Below, one piece after another: positions 1 to 11,879 of a DNA stretch of 64,000 nucleotides. The notes under the pieces are model-generated. The model ran no database searches and was not told where the DNA came from. It was given only the letters and a program-made list of their open reading frames with translations. This stretch comes from Hemiscyllium ocellatum. Lineage: Eukaryota. The stretch spans positions 26,473,231-26,537,230 of the forward strand of contig NC_083435.1 of NCBI RefSeq assembly GCF_020745735.1, in the 5' to 3' direction. Position 1 is the stretch's first letter; every line of letters starts with the position of its first letter. A program made the translations under genes and the position numbers.

Positions 1-149
1 TGGTATTAGAACGCTGTGATGTTGTGACATCGGGGAATCAAAGGCTGGATCGGTCAATTTTTTTTGGAATGGGAATGGATCAGTGAGTCCCTGGGGAATA
101 GGGAGCGGATCGGTCCGTTTTCTGGCGTATGGATGTGGTAGGTTGTTTC

Positions 150-174
150 CTGATGAAGAGCTTTTGCCCGAAAC
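150..174 (+). ncRNA. Degenerate minimal hammerhead-ribozyme motif in a Penelope-like terminus
   Basis: CTGATGA-AGAGC-TTTT-GCCC-GAAAC, followed by the same terminal sequence seen at 11356, 15546 and elsewhere. Stem II is mismatched and no GTC/GTT triplet follows GAAAC. Confidence 0.45.
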
Positions 175-478
175 ACAATTTTCCTGCTCCTCAGATGCTG
201 CCTGACCTGCTGTGCGTTTCCAGCACCATGCTGATCTGGTCCATTTCCTGAGGCAGGCAGGCAGAATCAATATTTCCTCGGGGATGGGGGTGGCTGGTGC
301 TACTTCAATGGTCTGTGACCAGAACCTGACTTTGTTCCTCTCTCTCTTCCTCTGTCTCGCTCGCTCCCTCCCTCCCGTTCCCTTGCTTGCTCTCTCTCTA
401 TAACTCTCTCCGTCCCTCTCTCCCTTTCTTTCCCTCTCTGTCTCTCTCCCCTTCTCTCTTTCCCCCCCCACCACTCCC

Positions 479-483
<5 letters not shown>

Positions 484-520
<37 letters not shown>
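484..520. repeat. (CT)n microsatellite / polypyrimidine tract
   Basis: Uninterrupted CT run upstream of the acceptor at 588-589. Confidence 0.9.
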
Positions 521-523
<3 letters not shown>

Positions 524-589
524 TTCCTTCCCTCCCCGTCCCCGTCCTCATCCCCCTCCCCCTCCCCCTGCCCGTGTCTCGGTGACCAG

Positions 590-766
590 GCGAAGCTGAC
601 CTGCCCGTGCTGTAACATGAGGAAGAAGGATGCCGTGCTGACCAAGTGTTTCCACGTTTTCTGCTTCGAGTGCGTCAAGACCCGTTATGACACGCGCCAA
701 CGCAAGTGCCCCAAGTGTAACGCTGCCTTCGGTGCCAACGATTTTCACCGGATCTACATTGGCTGA
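590..766 (+). CDS. RNF20: Final coding exon of BRE1 E3 ubiquitin ligase (C3HC4 RING finger)
   Basis: After acceptor cag (587-589) the frame reads [58 protein letters not shown]. From memory this matches the RNF20 C-terminus better than RNF40; RNF40 is not excluded without phylogeny. At 58 aa it is absent from the ORF track. Confidence 0.9.
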   Translation, partial: AKLTCPCCNMRKKDAVLTKCFHVFCFECVKTRYDTRQRKCPKCNAAFGANDFHRIYIG

Positions 767-997
767 GGGACCCCCGCCCCGCCACCCCATCTCTCCCCCA
801 GCATCCCCTGAGCTGAGGAGTGGGTGGATGGGTTTATAACGGGGACGCTCTCCCTGAAGGTCCTCTTTCCCTTCCCAGCAGCCCCTCCTTCCTCCCACCA
901 CAGTCTGCCAGTGAAGTTTGCGGAGTCTGGGGCTGAGTGCGAGGGGTAACGGTTGTAGTTATTTTTTTTTCTCTCTGTTACAAGTGTTAACGTTGGG

Positions 998-1003
998 AAT
1001 AAA
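998..1003 (+). terminator. Poly(A) signal AATAAA of the BRE1 gene
   Basis: AATAAA ~230 nt after the stop codon, followed by GT-rich sequence. Confidence 0.65.
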
Positions 1004-1120
1004 CATGTGGCGTGAGGGCCCGAGGTCTCTTTGTGTCAGTCACGTCAGCGTTCTCTCAGCGGTCAGCTCTTGAGCACCCCAAACCCCACCACCAATCCAC
1101 ACTGTCCTCTTGCTGACCGT

Positions 1121-1522
1121 CATAGAGATGTACAGTATGGAAGCAGACCATTTGGTCTAACCCATTTCGACCAGATATCCCAACCTAATCTAGTCCCATT
1201 TGCCAGCACCTTGCCCATATCCCTCCAAACCCTTCCTATTCATATACCCATCCAAATGCCTTTTAAATGTTGTGTGTGAAAAAGTTGCCTCTTAGGTCTA
1301 TTTTATACCTTTCCCCTCTCACCCTAAATCTATGCCCCTCGAGTTCTGGACTCCCCGATCCCAGGGAAAAGACCTTGTCTATTTACCGTATCATGATTTT
1401 ATAAATTTCTATGCGGTCACCCCTCAGCCTCCGACGCTCCAGGGAAAACAGCCCCAGCCTGTTCAGCCTCTCCCTGTAGCTCAAACCCTCCAAACCTGGC
1501 AACATCCTTGTAAATCTTTTTG
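1121..1522 (-). mobile_element. CR1/HER1-like LINE 3' fragment
   Basis: ORF 1383-1808 ends ...KRFTRMLPGLEGLSYRERLNRLGLFSLERRRLRGDRIEIYK, the CR1 ORF2 C-terminus. The same 3' end recurs at 13695 and 32364. Confidence 0.85.
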
Positions 1523-2151
1523 CCCACCTTTTAAAGTCTAAAGTATTCCACGGCCGAAGTGCTGCCCACACGCTCAAAGCTGATGGATCGCCAGGGTAAG
1601 AGGAGAGAGTGAGTGGACTGTTGGGGAGTGGTCTCTCACCTCTTGGAATTGAGAAGATCAAGCTGATGGTCTCGTTGAAAGATCCGAAACTCCTGAGGGT
1701 TTGCCAGGGTTGATTGCTGAGATTCCAGACCTGAGGGGCATAATGTCGGGATAAGGAGTTGGGTGTTTCACGCCAAGAGCTGGGGGAGGGGAACGGTTCT
1801 ACATTCACATGCTGGTGGATATTTTTTGGTGAATCCAGCCCGAGAATGATCCCTCAATGAATCCATTCACAACAGAGAGCCATGGATTTTTTAATTTTGT
1901 TTAACAAAACGACAGAAGAGAAATGAGGGGTTGGGCTGAATGGCCTTCCCCGTGTGCTTTCTGTGAGGGTTGAGATGAGTGTCACAGATTCCGATGACAT
2001 GGCTTGAGAGTTCCTCTGATTCTGATGACTTGCCTGTGCCTCCAATTTCCACCGACGCACACGACATAGCGGTGTCCTTGCTAGTCTGAGAAAAACGCTG
2101 GAATGTATCTGCATCAGCTGTCCCCACTTCTCACCCCCTTAGCGTGCAGTG

Positions 2152-3045
2152 GTGGGGGAGCACTGTACTGTCAGAGGGTCAGTACTGAGGGAGCACAGTG
2201 CGATCAGAGGATCAGCACTGAAGGAGCACAACACTGTCAGCACTGAGGGAGTGCTGCACTGTCAGCGGGTCAGCACTGAGGGAGCGCCGCACTGTCAGAG
2301 GTCAGTACCGAGGGAGCACCACATTGTCAGAGGGTTAGTACTGAGGGAGCGCTACACTGTCAGAGGGTCAGCACTGAGAGAGCGCCGCACTGTCAGAGGG
2401 TCAGTACTGAGGGAGCACCACATTGTCAGAGGGTCAGCACTGATGGAACGCCACACTGTCAGAGGGTCAGCACTGACGGAGCGCCGCACTGTCAGAGGGT
2501 CAGTACTGAGGGAGCACCACATTGTCAGAGGGTTAGTACTGAGGGAGCGCTACACTATCAGGGTCAGCACTGAACTATCAGATGGTCAGTACTGACGGAG
2601 TTCTGCACTGTCAGAGGGTCAGCACTGAGGGAGCTCTGCACTGTCAGAGAGTCAGCACTGAGGGAGCACTGCACTGTCGGAGGGTCAGCACTGAGGGAGC
2701 ACAGAACTGTCAGAGGGTCAGTACTGAAGAAGTGCTGCACTGTCAGAGGGAGTTCCGTACTGTCAGTCCTGAGGGAACGCCCGACCGTCAGACGGTCGGT
2801 ACAGAGGGAGTGCTGTACTGTCAGATGGTCAGTACTGAGGGAGTGCTGCACTGTCAGAGGGTCTGTACTGAGGGAGTTCCGTACTGTCAGTCCTAAGGGA
2901 ACGCCCCACCGTCAGACCGTCAGTACAGAGGGAGCGCCGCAGTGTCAGAGGGTCAGTACTGAGGGAGCACTGCAGTGTCAGAGGGTGAGTACTGAGGGAG
3001 TGCCGTACTGTTCCAGGGTCAGTACTGAGGGAGCGCCGCGCTGTT
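2152..3045 (+). repeat. 33-bp minisatellite array (CACTGTCAGAGGGTCAGTACTGAGGGAGCGCCG)n
   Basis: About 27 tandem units; the ORF track shows 11-aa periodicity (TVRGSVLRERR). Confidence 0.9.
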
Positions 3046-4344
3046 CGATTTTCCACCTTTCTGATGAGGAATTATACATTTTGTGGCTTTTGCTTTATTG
3101 GATTTGCTGTCACTGTTCCACCAAGGAGTGGGAGTAGATCCTCTAACCCCTCGGCCCTGCTTCCCCCATTCAGAACAATCGTGGCTGATCTGATTGTAAC
3201 TTATAAAGCCACATTCCCATCTATGGCTGGACATTTCAACCCCAAACTTGACAACGATCTATCTACTTTTGCCTGAAACGTATTCAAGGAATCATCCTCC
3301 CAACACCTTTTCAGGAAGTGTGTCACCAAAATGCTCTCAGCCTGCAGAGAAAATAATAAATCACTACTTCTTTTATTGCGTGACCCCTCGTTCTCATCAC
3401 ATTAGTGGTCACCCTTCAAAGAAAATACCTCTGTAGCCTTGAAGCCGTTTGGTACAGTAATGTCCTGAAGTTGAGAAATGTGCCCTCTAATAGGAATTCC
3501 TTAATGAAAATGACAGTGAACCACCAATCAATTTATTGAGAAATGCAATCTTTCTTTCATACTCAGCCGGGTAAGGCACATTCCCAGTCACAGCGGTCCT
3601 TGATTGTGCTGGATCTTCAGTCTGGTTCCAGAAAAAGCTATTTATCTGTTGGAAACCAAGCAAATTAATTATTCCACATCTTGCAATACAGTTCAGACAG
3701 AGACGAGAATACGGAGATGGACACAGGGAGCTGGAATTAACTCCGGTTTGGACTACAGGGGAGGAATTGGATAGCTAGGAGCCTGTGAATAACTACAGCA
3801 TGGTAACGAGGGATCCCGGATTAACCGCAGCACTGTAACTAACAGTCTGGGATTAACCAGAGCATGGTACTTAGAGGGGGCGCTGGGATTAACAGCAAGG
3901 TGGTTCAGGTGTTGGGCTGGAGTGGAAGAACGAAGGGCTATGAGCAGTTCGAACCTTTTCCCTCCCTCTCTTGTCTTCGATTTCAATCGTGAGCAGTGAC
4001 TTTGTTCTCTGGATGCCTTCTTGACGGTTCTGACCAGAGAAGGAGACTGTTTGCGATACTGCTGCTGCTTGGGCTTTTTCAGAAAATCCAGAAATTTGTC
4101 CATTTCCGCAGCAGAAATGTAACCTTTAAAACACAATTTGTTTACTACAGAGCCTTACAACATGAGAAAGGACTACATCAGCTGAATTTAGTAATGTTCA
4201 TTTAGAGATAAATGTTAGAGAGAACCTTCTTGCTGTTGTTACAATAGAACACCCAGCAATCTCTTATGTCCACTTGCAGGACCACAGTTTAATGTCTTAT
4301 CAAAGTGAAAGCGACACCAAGGTTATAATGCACTCTTCACACTG

Positions 4345-4595
4345 GCAACAGTGCAGCACTCCCTCAATACTGACTCTCTGACAATGCAGCACTCCTTCAG
4401 TAGTGACCCTCTGACACTGCTGCACTCCTTCTACTGACCCTCTGACAGTGCAGCACTCCCTCAGCACTGACCCTCTGACAATGCAGCACTCCCCCAGTAC
4501 TGACCCTCTGACAGTGCGACACTCCCTCAGTACTGACCCTCTGACAGTGCGGCACTCCCTCAGTACTGACCCTCCCACAGTGTGGCACTCCCTCA
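4345..4595 (-). repeat. Same 33-bp minisatellite, opposite orientation
   Basis: Reverse complement of the 2152 array, about 7 units. Confidence 0.85.
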
Positions 4596-5053
4596 TGAGG
4601 ATGTTAATGGCGCAGTAGAGTTTGTGGGTTCAGGAAAAGAATGGATGCTGAGGTTCTGTTTTAGATAACTGACATCACCCAAGAGGGTAAGTGTAATGGA
4701 CACCTCTTCTGTATGTCGGTATGAAACTGTTACGTACCCAATGTCATCTGCCTCTTCAGGCTGTTGATGTATTGCTGGTGTAGGCTCCTACGGAGAGGTG
4801 CTGCCCTGTAGATGGTGATGATGGTGGACAGATATCTCTGCTGTCCAATGCTCAGGTCCTACGGTGAGAAACACCAACTGAATCAGTGAAGTTGGCTCAA
4901 TGTTTCTTGTGGACACTGGTTAACAAATGCTAGCCTTGGCAATGACACTCATGACTTCTGGAAGAATTGTTTTTTTTAATTGTCCGACTGGGGTTGGAAT
5001 CTCTCACTTGGGTTAAGTTAAAGCTCGTTCGGTGACACAAGGACTTGAGGACT

Positions 5054-5379
5054 TAGAATAGAATAGATTCCCTACAGTGTGGAAACAGGCCATTCGGTCC
5101 TTCAAGACCCTCCAAAGAGTATCCCACCCAAACCTATTCCCCAAACCCAAACTAAGGCACCTAACCAACACACCCCTACACTATAGGGTAATTTCCCATG
5201 GCCAATCCACTGTCACTTGCAAATCACTGGATTGTGGGAGGAAACTGAAGCACCCGGAGGAAACCCACGCAGACACGGGGAGTGTGTGCAAACTCCACAG
5301 TCACCTGAGGCTGAAATTGAACCCAGGTCCCTGGCACAGTGAGGCAGCAGTGCTAACCACTGAGCCACCGTGCCACCCC
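5054..5379 (-). mobile_element. HE1-like tRNA-derived SINE
   Basis: Minus-strand head GGCACGGTGGCTCAGTGGTTAGCACTGCTGCCTCAC with a B-box-like GGGTTCAATTTC, a LINE-like 3' end and a (TTCTA)n-type tail. Confidence 0.8.
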
Positions 5380-6427
5380 AGGCTTGCCAGACTCCCACTT
5401 CTGTCACTCTGGCTGCTCCTGACGCCTCTCCAGAGTTGTCCAAACCCATCACACCATCAGCCAATCTGCTGCTGATGCTCTCACCCAGTCTCTGACATGC
5501 ACATAATGAGCACTTCCTCACCAACCCCTTCTCAGGGGTGGGTGACCATCTCGGACTGAGATGAGGAGACATTAGTCAGGAAGAGCATTCCGCATCGCCG
5601 GGAGCTGTGGATTCTCAGTCATCAGGAAGATTCTGCATTGCTCCCTATCAGTGTTTGAACACTGTGACTTTAAAGGGGTATTGGGATCAGGCAGAATAGG
5701 GGAGTTGAACGGGAGGAGCAGGTGTGGTTTCATTGACCAGTAGTGAGGAGCAAGGGACCGAACGGCCTCGTCTTGCTCTGACCTGCTATCTTCTTTCAAA
5801 AGTGAAGGAAAGAGCCTCACCTTCAGGAGTGGACAATGCAGCATTGACCGAGGGATCTTAACACAGCTCATCGTCTCTGGAGGCCACCGGTAACTGGATG
5901 ATAATCGAGCCTGTTTGATCACTTCTCCCATTGGACAATTGGCTAGTGTTACAATGGCAGCAGATGCTGCTATGGACAGTTCAGTTTCCGGGGGAGTCTG
6001 CTTTGATAATTATATTTTTATTTGCTTTCAATGAAGTGGTCTCTCACTGAAACAGAAACATGTATTCCAGTTTTATTTAACAACAAAACAAGGTAAAATA
6101 GAGATAATAGAATAATCCAATCTATTTAGAATTCGAATTCTATGACTTGTTTATTCAATGATTTTATAAAGTGTAAAAATATAATTCCATTAATCTCAAA
6201 ATACTGCTTTCTAGGTCGAAATGAAACAAAGCAGATTTTCGAAGAATGAAAAACACCCCCAGTGCAAATTTTCAAAAAACTATCCACATAATGCAGCTGT
6301 CTCCCTGTATCTAACACCTCGATAGGTTTAACGCACTTGGGTTTCTGTTGTCAAAATGGAACACTGATAGCTACTTTCTGGACGAATCTACACTTCAGTT
6401 TCACTGCACAAAACTTAAATAACCATT

Positions 6428-7018
6428 AAACCCTCCGACAGTGCGGTGCTCCCTCAGTACTGACCCTCTGACAGTGTGGCGCTCCCTCAGTGCTAACCCT
6501 CTGACAGTGCAGCACCCCCTCAGTACTGACCCTCTGACAGTGCGGCACCCCCTCAGTACTGACCCTCTGACAGTGCAGCACCCCCTCAGTACTGACCCTC
6601 TGACAGTGCGGCACCCCCTCAGTACTGACCCTCTGACAGTGCAGCACCCCCTCAGTACTGACCCTCTGACAGTGCGACACTCCCTCAGTGCTGACCCTCT
6701 GACAGTGCAGCACCCCCTCAGTACTGACCCTCCGACAGTGAGACACTCCCTCAGTACTGACCCTCTGACAGTGCGACACTCCCTCAGTGCTGACCCTCTG
6801 ACAGTGCAACACCCCCTCAGTACTGACCCTCCGACAGTGAGACACTCCCTCAGTACTGACCCTCCGACAGTGAGACACTCCCTCAGTACTGACCCTCTGA
6901 CAGTGCGGCAGTCCCTCAGTACTGACCCTCCGACAGTGAGACACTCCCTCAGTACTGACCCTCCGACAGTGAGACACTCCCTCAGTACTGACCCTCTGAC
7001 AGTGCGGTGCTCCCCCAC
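6428..7018 (-). repeat. Same 33-bp minisatellite, ~18 highly homogeneous units
   Basis: Tandem ACAGTGCGGCACCCCCTCAGTACTGACCCTCTG units on the + strand. Confidence 0.9.
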
Positions 7019-7431
7019 TCCTGTTCGTTCTCTCCAGCTGCAGTCTCCTCCGGCTCAGTTACTGAAAGGGCAATGTAAACAAAACAAGCACTCGGCAACC
7101 GGGAAATCAAATTGTGGGCGGAGTCATCATGAACATAACGAACAGAGAAAGTTTCCTGATATTTATGAGGCAGATATGGTTTAAACTCGGATCTGAACAA
7201 AACACTTCGTCACAGTCACTATCAGCATTTCCCACATCTCTGTGCAAGAGAGCTGTTTAAATACAGAGAGGGAGTCTGAGAAAGATGGCAGCACAGACAC
7301 AGCGAAAGACACATTATGGAAAGAGATTTGAAGAAAGGACAAAGAATTGAAGGAAGCCAGCAGAAAGACAAGAAGCGCTAGTAGTGACACAAAGGGGTGT
7401 GTGTGAGTGGGAGACGGATAGTACACAGTTG

Positions 7432-7648
7432 AAAATGTGTTACTGGTTAAAACACAGCAGGTCAGGCAGCATCCAAGGAATAGGAAATTCGACGTTTCGG
7501 GCATAAGCCCTTCATCAGGAATGAGGAGAGGGTGGCAAGCAGGCTAAGATACAGTGAGAGAGAGACTCACTGAAATCCTTGTAGAGGGAGGAAGAGAGCT
7601 TCTTCAAGGAAGGCATCCTTGCAAGAGGATTCGCAGTAGGTTAAAATC
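7432..7648 (-). mobile_element. Penelope-like element 3' terminal fragment
   Basis: Matches the PLE termini at 15452-15637 and 11350-11470. Confidence 0.7.
7487..7522 (-). ncRNA. Minimal type I hammerhead ribozyme motif (intact core)
   Basis: Minus strand ATTC-CTGATGA-A-GGGC TTAT GCCC-GAAA-CG-TC-GAAT. Stem I is ATTC/GAAT, stem II is GGGC/GCCC, stem III is palindromic ACGT, and the cleavage triplet is GUC. Confidence 0.7.
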
Positions 7649-8179
7649 ACAGGCAAGAAAGAAAGGGCAGTGGGAGACAGATAGAGCCAAGCAGAAAGTG
7701 TAAAAGGGAACTAGAAATAATACTTTCATCCTTTCACTCCCTTTCCCCCACCCGGTCAGTCTTCCTCCTTTTGCAATCACAATTCACTCTGTGGACTCTC
7801 TCCTTCCCCAAACTCTGGATCTTCTATCTCCACAACTCCTGATTCACTTTCCGCTAATACCCGCTTCACTTTACAGCAGCGATGGAGATTGAATTTGAAC
7901 TTTTCCAATGACACTCATCGAGGTCTCCTCGTTTTTCTGCAAAACAATTTTGAGAGGCTCATGAGAAATAATCTGAAGGGACCTGTGTTTGGATTGATAT
8001 GTAAACGCCAGTTCTGGGTCAATTAAGATAAACCGGTTGGAGATTCGAGAACACTATGGGGCCAGACTGTTCAGAGAGATGTTTCGAAGCTTTTCTGCAC
8101 CCAAAGAGTGGTCGAGGTTTGAACTGTCTCCCACAAACGGCACTGGATCAGTTGTTAATTCTGAGCAATTAAAAAAAAA

Positions 8180-8270
8180 GGTCTGAGTGGGTTACTCTCC
8201 AGAGGGCCGGTGTGGACTTGTTGGGTCAATGGGCCTGTTTCCATACTGTAGGAAATCTAATCTAATCTTG
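8180..8270 (+). mobile_element. HE1/HER1-type 3' end fragment
   Basis: GGGCCTGTTTCCATACTGTAGGAAATCTAATCTAATCT tail, as in the SINE copies. Confidence 0.6.
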
Positions 8271-9024
8271 TTAAGCACAAATATTCAGGGATATGGGCCA
8301 AAGGCAGGCATATGGAGTGAGGCTACAGATCAGTCATGATCTCATTGAATGTAGCCAGGCAGGAGGTTGGAAGAAAACAGCAAGCCAGGCAGTGTCAGGA
8401 GGTGGAGGAGGCGACATTTCAGGTGTAACCTTTGGAGTGGGGGTGGCGTTAGCGGTAGATAAAGTGGGTGGCGGGGGCCGGGCCATGAAGAAGGGGATAG
8501 GTGGAGACAGGATGAGGGTATGACCTTGTTGGTCAATGGAAGGAGTGAATCCGGTTGGTGGCTGGGAGCAGGGGAAGTGGGAGTACTGGAAAGGAGTCGG
8601 GGGATGGAGAGGACTCAACATTGAGTTCTCCAATTTCAAAGACCCTTTCAAACAATTTCAATTCCAAGTCATGTTCTCAGTTTGCCACTGTTATGTGACC
8701 TACACCATCAGCTGCTTAGTCAAAGGCCGAGGGAGTTAAAGAGTGTTACAGCACATAGCCCCTTGCCCCATCATACCTGTGACAGTCATCAAGGACTTAT
8801 TCACATTCCCGTCCTATTTCCAGCACTCGGCCTTGGCATTTCAAATCTTCATCTCAAACTAAAATAAAATGAGGGAATACTAAGTACATCTTAAGCGTTC
8901 TTTGAGTGTTTTATACTCTAAACATGGAGGTACTGAGGCCAATGTCCAGACTGTGAATTGTCACTGAAAAAAACACGGATCACAATGAAAACACGGCTCC
9001 AGGAGGCAGAGATCCGTACATTGC

Positions 9025-9319
9025 AAGTCCACACCAACTCTCCGAAGAGTAACCCATCACGAGCCATTCCCCTACCTATAATCCCTGAATAATGCACTCA
9101 ACCTACACATCCCTGAACACTATGGGGCAATTTAGCATGACCAGTTTACCTAACCAGCACATCTTTGGACTATGGGAGGAAACTAAGCATGCAGAGGAAG
9201 CCCACACAGGCACAGGGAGAATGTGCAAACTCCACACACAGTCACCCGAGTCTGGTATCGAACCCAGATCCCTGGCACTGTGAGGCAGCAGGGGCAACCA
9301 CTGAGCCACTATGCCACCC
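9025..9319 (-). mobile_element. HE1-like SINE
   Basis: Homologous to 5054-5379 and 53949-54250, including the tRNA-like head. Confidence 0.75.
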
Positions 9320-9339
9320 GGGCTACTGCTTTTGGAGTA

Positions 9340-10401
9340 GAGTGGTGCTGGAAAAGCACAGCAGTTCAGGCAGCATCTGAGGAGCAAGAAAATCAACGTT
9401 TCAGGCAAAAGCACTTCATCAGGAATACAGGCAGAATGCCTGAAGGGTGGAGAGATAAATGAGAAGAGGGTGGGGATGGGGAGAAAGTAGCATAGAGTAC
9501 AATAGGTGAGTTGGGGTAGGGATGAAGGTGATAGGTCAGGGAAGAGGGTGGAGTGGGTAGGTGGGAAGGAAGATAGGCAGGTAGGATAGTTCATGGGGAT
9601 GGTGCTGAGCTGGAAGTTTGGAACTGGGGTGAGGTGGGGGGGAAGGGAAATGAGGAAACTGGTGAAGTCCACATTGATGCTCTGGGGTTCAAGTGTTCCG
9701 AGGCAGAAGATGAGGTGTTCTTCCTCCAGGCATTGGGTGGTTAGGGAGCGGTGGTGAAAGAGGCCCAAGATCTCCATGTCCTTGGCAGAGTGGGAGGGGG
9801 AGTTAAAATGTTGGGCCACAGGGCGATGTGGTTGATTGGTGCGGGTGTCCCGGAGATGTTCCCTAAAATACTCTGCTAGGAGGCATCTAGACTCCCCAAT
9901 GAAGAGGAGACCGCATCGGGAGCAACAGATACAATAAATGATATTGGTGGATGTGCAGGTAAAACTTTGATGGATGTGGAAGGCTCCTTTAGGGCCTTGG
10001 ATGGAGGTGAGGGAGGAGGTGTGGGTGCAGGTTTTGCGATTCCTGCGGTGGCAGGGGAAGGTGCCAGGATGGGAGGGTGGGTTGTAGGGGGGCGTGGACG
10101 TGACCAGGTCGTCATGGAGGGAACGGTCTTTGCGGAAGGTGGAAAGGGCTGGGGCGGGAAATATATCCCAGGTGGTGGGGCCCATTTGGAGGTGGCGGAA
10201 ATGTCGATGGATGATTTGGTTTATCCGAAGGTTGGTAGGGTGGAAGGTGAGCACCAGGGGGGTTCTGTCCTTGTTATAGTTGGAGGGGTGGGGTCTGAGG
10301 GCAGAGGTGCGGGATGTGGATGAGGTGTGTTGGAGGACATCTTTAACCATGTGGGAAGGGAAATTGCAGTCTCTAAAGAAGGAGGCCATCTGGTGTGTTC
10401 T
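9340..10401 (-). mobile_element. Penelope-like element (family A), GIY-YIG endonuclease region and 3' terminus; left arm of a palindrome
   Basis: ORF 9103-10632 contains FTCTSTNIIYCICCSRCGLLFIGE...FREH...PVAQHFN, a PLE GIY-YIG domain. Confidence 0.85.
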
Positions 10402-10408
10402 CCACCAC

Positions 10409-11480
10409 AGAACACACCAGATGGCCTCCTTCTTTAGAGACCGCAATTTCCCTTCCCACATGGTTAAAGATGTCCTCCAACACACCTCATCCACATCCCG
10501 CACCTCTGCCCTCAGACCCCACCCCTCCAACCGTAACAAGGACAGAACCCCCCTGGTGCTCACCTTCCACCCTACCAACCTTCGCATAAACCAAATCATC
10601 CGCCGACATTTCCACCACCCCCCAACAACCACCCTCCCATCCTGGCACCCTGCCCTGCCACCGCAGGAACTGTAAAACCTGCACCTACACCTCCTCCCTC
10701 ACCTCCATCCAAGGCCCTAAAGGAGCCTTCCACATCGATCTAAGTTTTACCTGCACATCCACCAATATCATTTATTATATCCGTTGCTCCCGATGTGGTC
10801 TCCTCTACATTGGGGAGAATTGACGCATCCTAGCAGAGCGCTTTAGGGAACACCTCTGAGACACCCGCACCAATCAACCACACCGCCCTGTGGCCCAACA
10901 TTTCAACTCCCACTCCCACTCAGCCGAGAACATGGAGGTCCTGGGCCTCCTTCACCGCCGCTCCCCCACCATCCGATACCTGGAGGAAGAACGCTTCATC
11001 TTCCGCCTTGGAACACTTCAACCCCAGGGCATCAATGTGGACTTCACCAGTTTCCTGATTTCCCCTTCCCCCACCTCACCCCAGTTCCAACCTTCCAGCT
11101 CAGCACCGTCCCCATGACCTGTCCTACCTGCCTATCCTCTTTTCCACCTATCCACTCCACCCTCCTCTCTGACCTATCAACTTCATCCCACCCCCATCCA
11201 CCCAGTGTACTCTTTGCTACCTTTCCCAACCCTCCTCCCTGACCTATCACCTATATCACCATCCCCACTCACCTATTGTACTCTATGCTACTTTCTCCCC
11301 ACTCCCACCCTCCTCTCATTTATCTCTCCATCCTTCAGGCACTCTGCCTGTATTCCTGATGAAGGGCTTTTGCCCGAAACGTTGATTTTCCTGCTCCTCG
11401 AATGCTGCCTGAACTGCTGTGCTTTTCCAGCACCACTTTACTCCAGAATCTGGTTTCCAGCATCTGCAGTCATTGTTTTT
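10409..11480 (+). mobile_element. Penelope-like element (family A), right arm; GIY-YIG region with stops
   Basis: Inverted homolog of 9340-10401. ORF 10890-11117 reads AQHFNSHSHSAENMEVLGLL...GINVDF; the terminus carries a hammerhead motif at 11352-11387. Confidence 0.85.
11352..11387 (+). ncRNA. Minimal hammerhead motif
   Basis: ATTC-CTGATGA-AGGGC TTTT GCCC-GAAAC-GTT-GATT. The core is intact; stem I has one mismatch. Confidence 0.55.
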
Positions 11481-11879
11481 ACCTGGCTACTGCTTTTTCC
11501 CTACCAGCTGTGGATGGGACATACAACTGAGATTTTCTCTCTGTCCCACAGGAGCTGATTATGTGTCATTGTACGCTAACCTTCTGTCTATTCAGCAGAG
11601 GCCAACTGACTTCAGTAGCTATTGGTGAAGTTGGTGAATGCTTTAAAGCGCTGACGTTGACACAGAATCAATGAGTGAAAAATGCCCTCTATTCACAATT
11701 GAAAGCCAAGCCAGTTAGAGAGTAATAGAGCTGTAAACCACAAAAACGGATCTTTCAGTCTGTGCTGACCAGATATCCTAAATTAATCCACTCCCATCTG
11801 CCAGAATTTGACCCACATTCCTATTCACATACATCCAGATGCCTTTTAAATGTTGTAATTGCAACAGGCTCCAACACAG

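Noticed and set aside
1950-2090. Acidic Ser-rich coding-like patch (SVTDSDD...ESSSDSDDLPVPP)
   Set aside because: It needs a frameshift, has no splice context and no recognisable family.
2152-3045. CRISPR-like appearance of ~33-bp repeats with an internal palindrome
   Set aside because: The units are head-to-tail with no unique spacers, there are no cas genes, and the context is a vertebrate genome.
5330-5379. tRNA-like sequences (also ~9270-9319 and ~54190-54250)
   Set aside because: They are A/B-box heads of SINEs, continuous with the SINE body; not tRNA genes.
2149-7184. Long repetitive ORFs (e.g. 148, 205, 183 and 247 aa)
   Set aside because: They are translations of the 33-bp satellite, open in several frames and both strands, with no splice or codon evidence.
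9103-10632. 509-aa ORF as a host gene
   Set aside because: It is a composite of the palindrome apex, a PLE GIY-YIG, the PLE terminus and a SINE.
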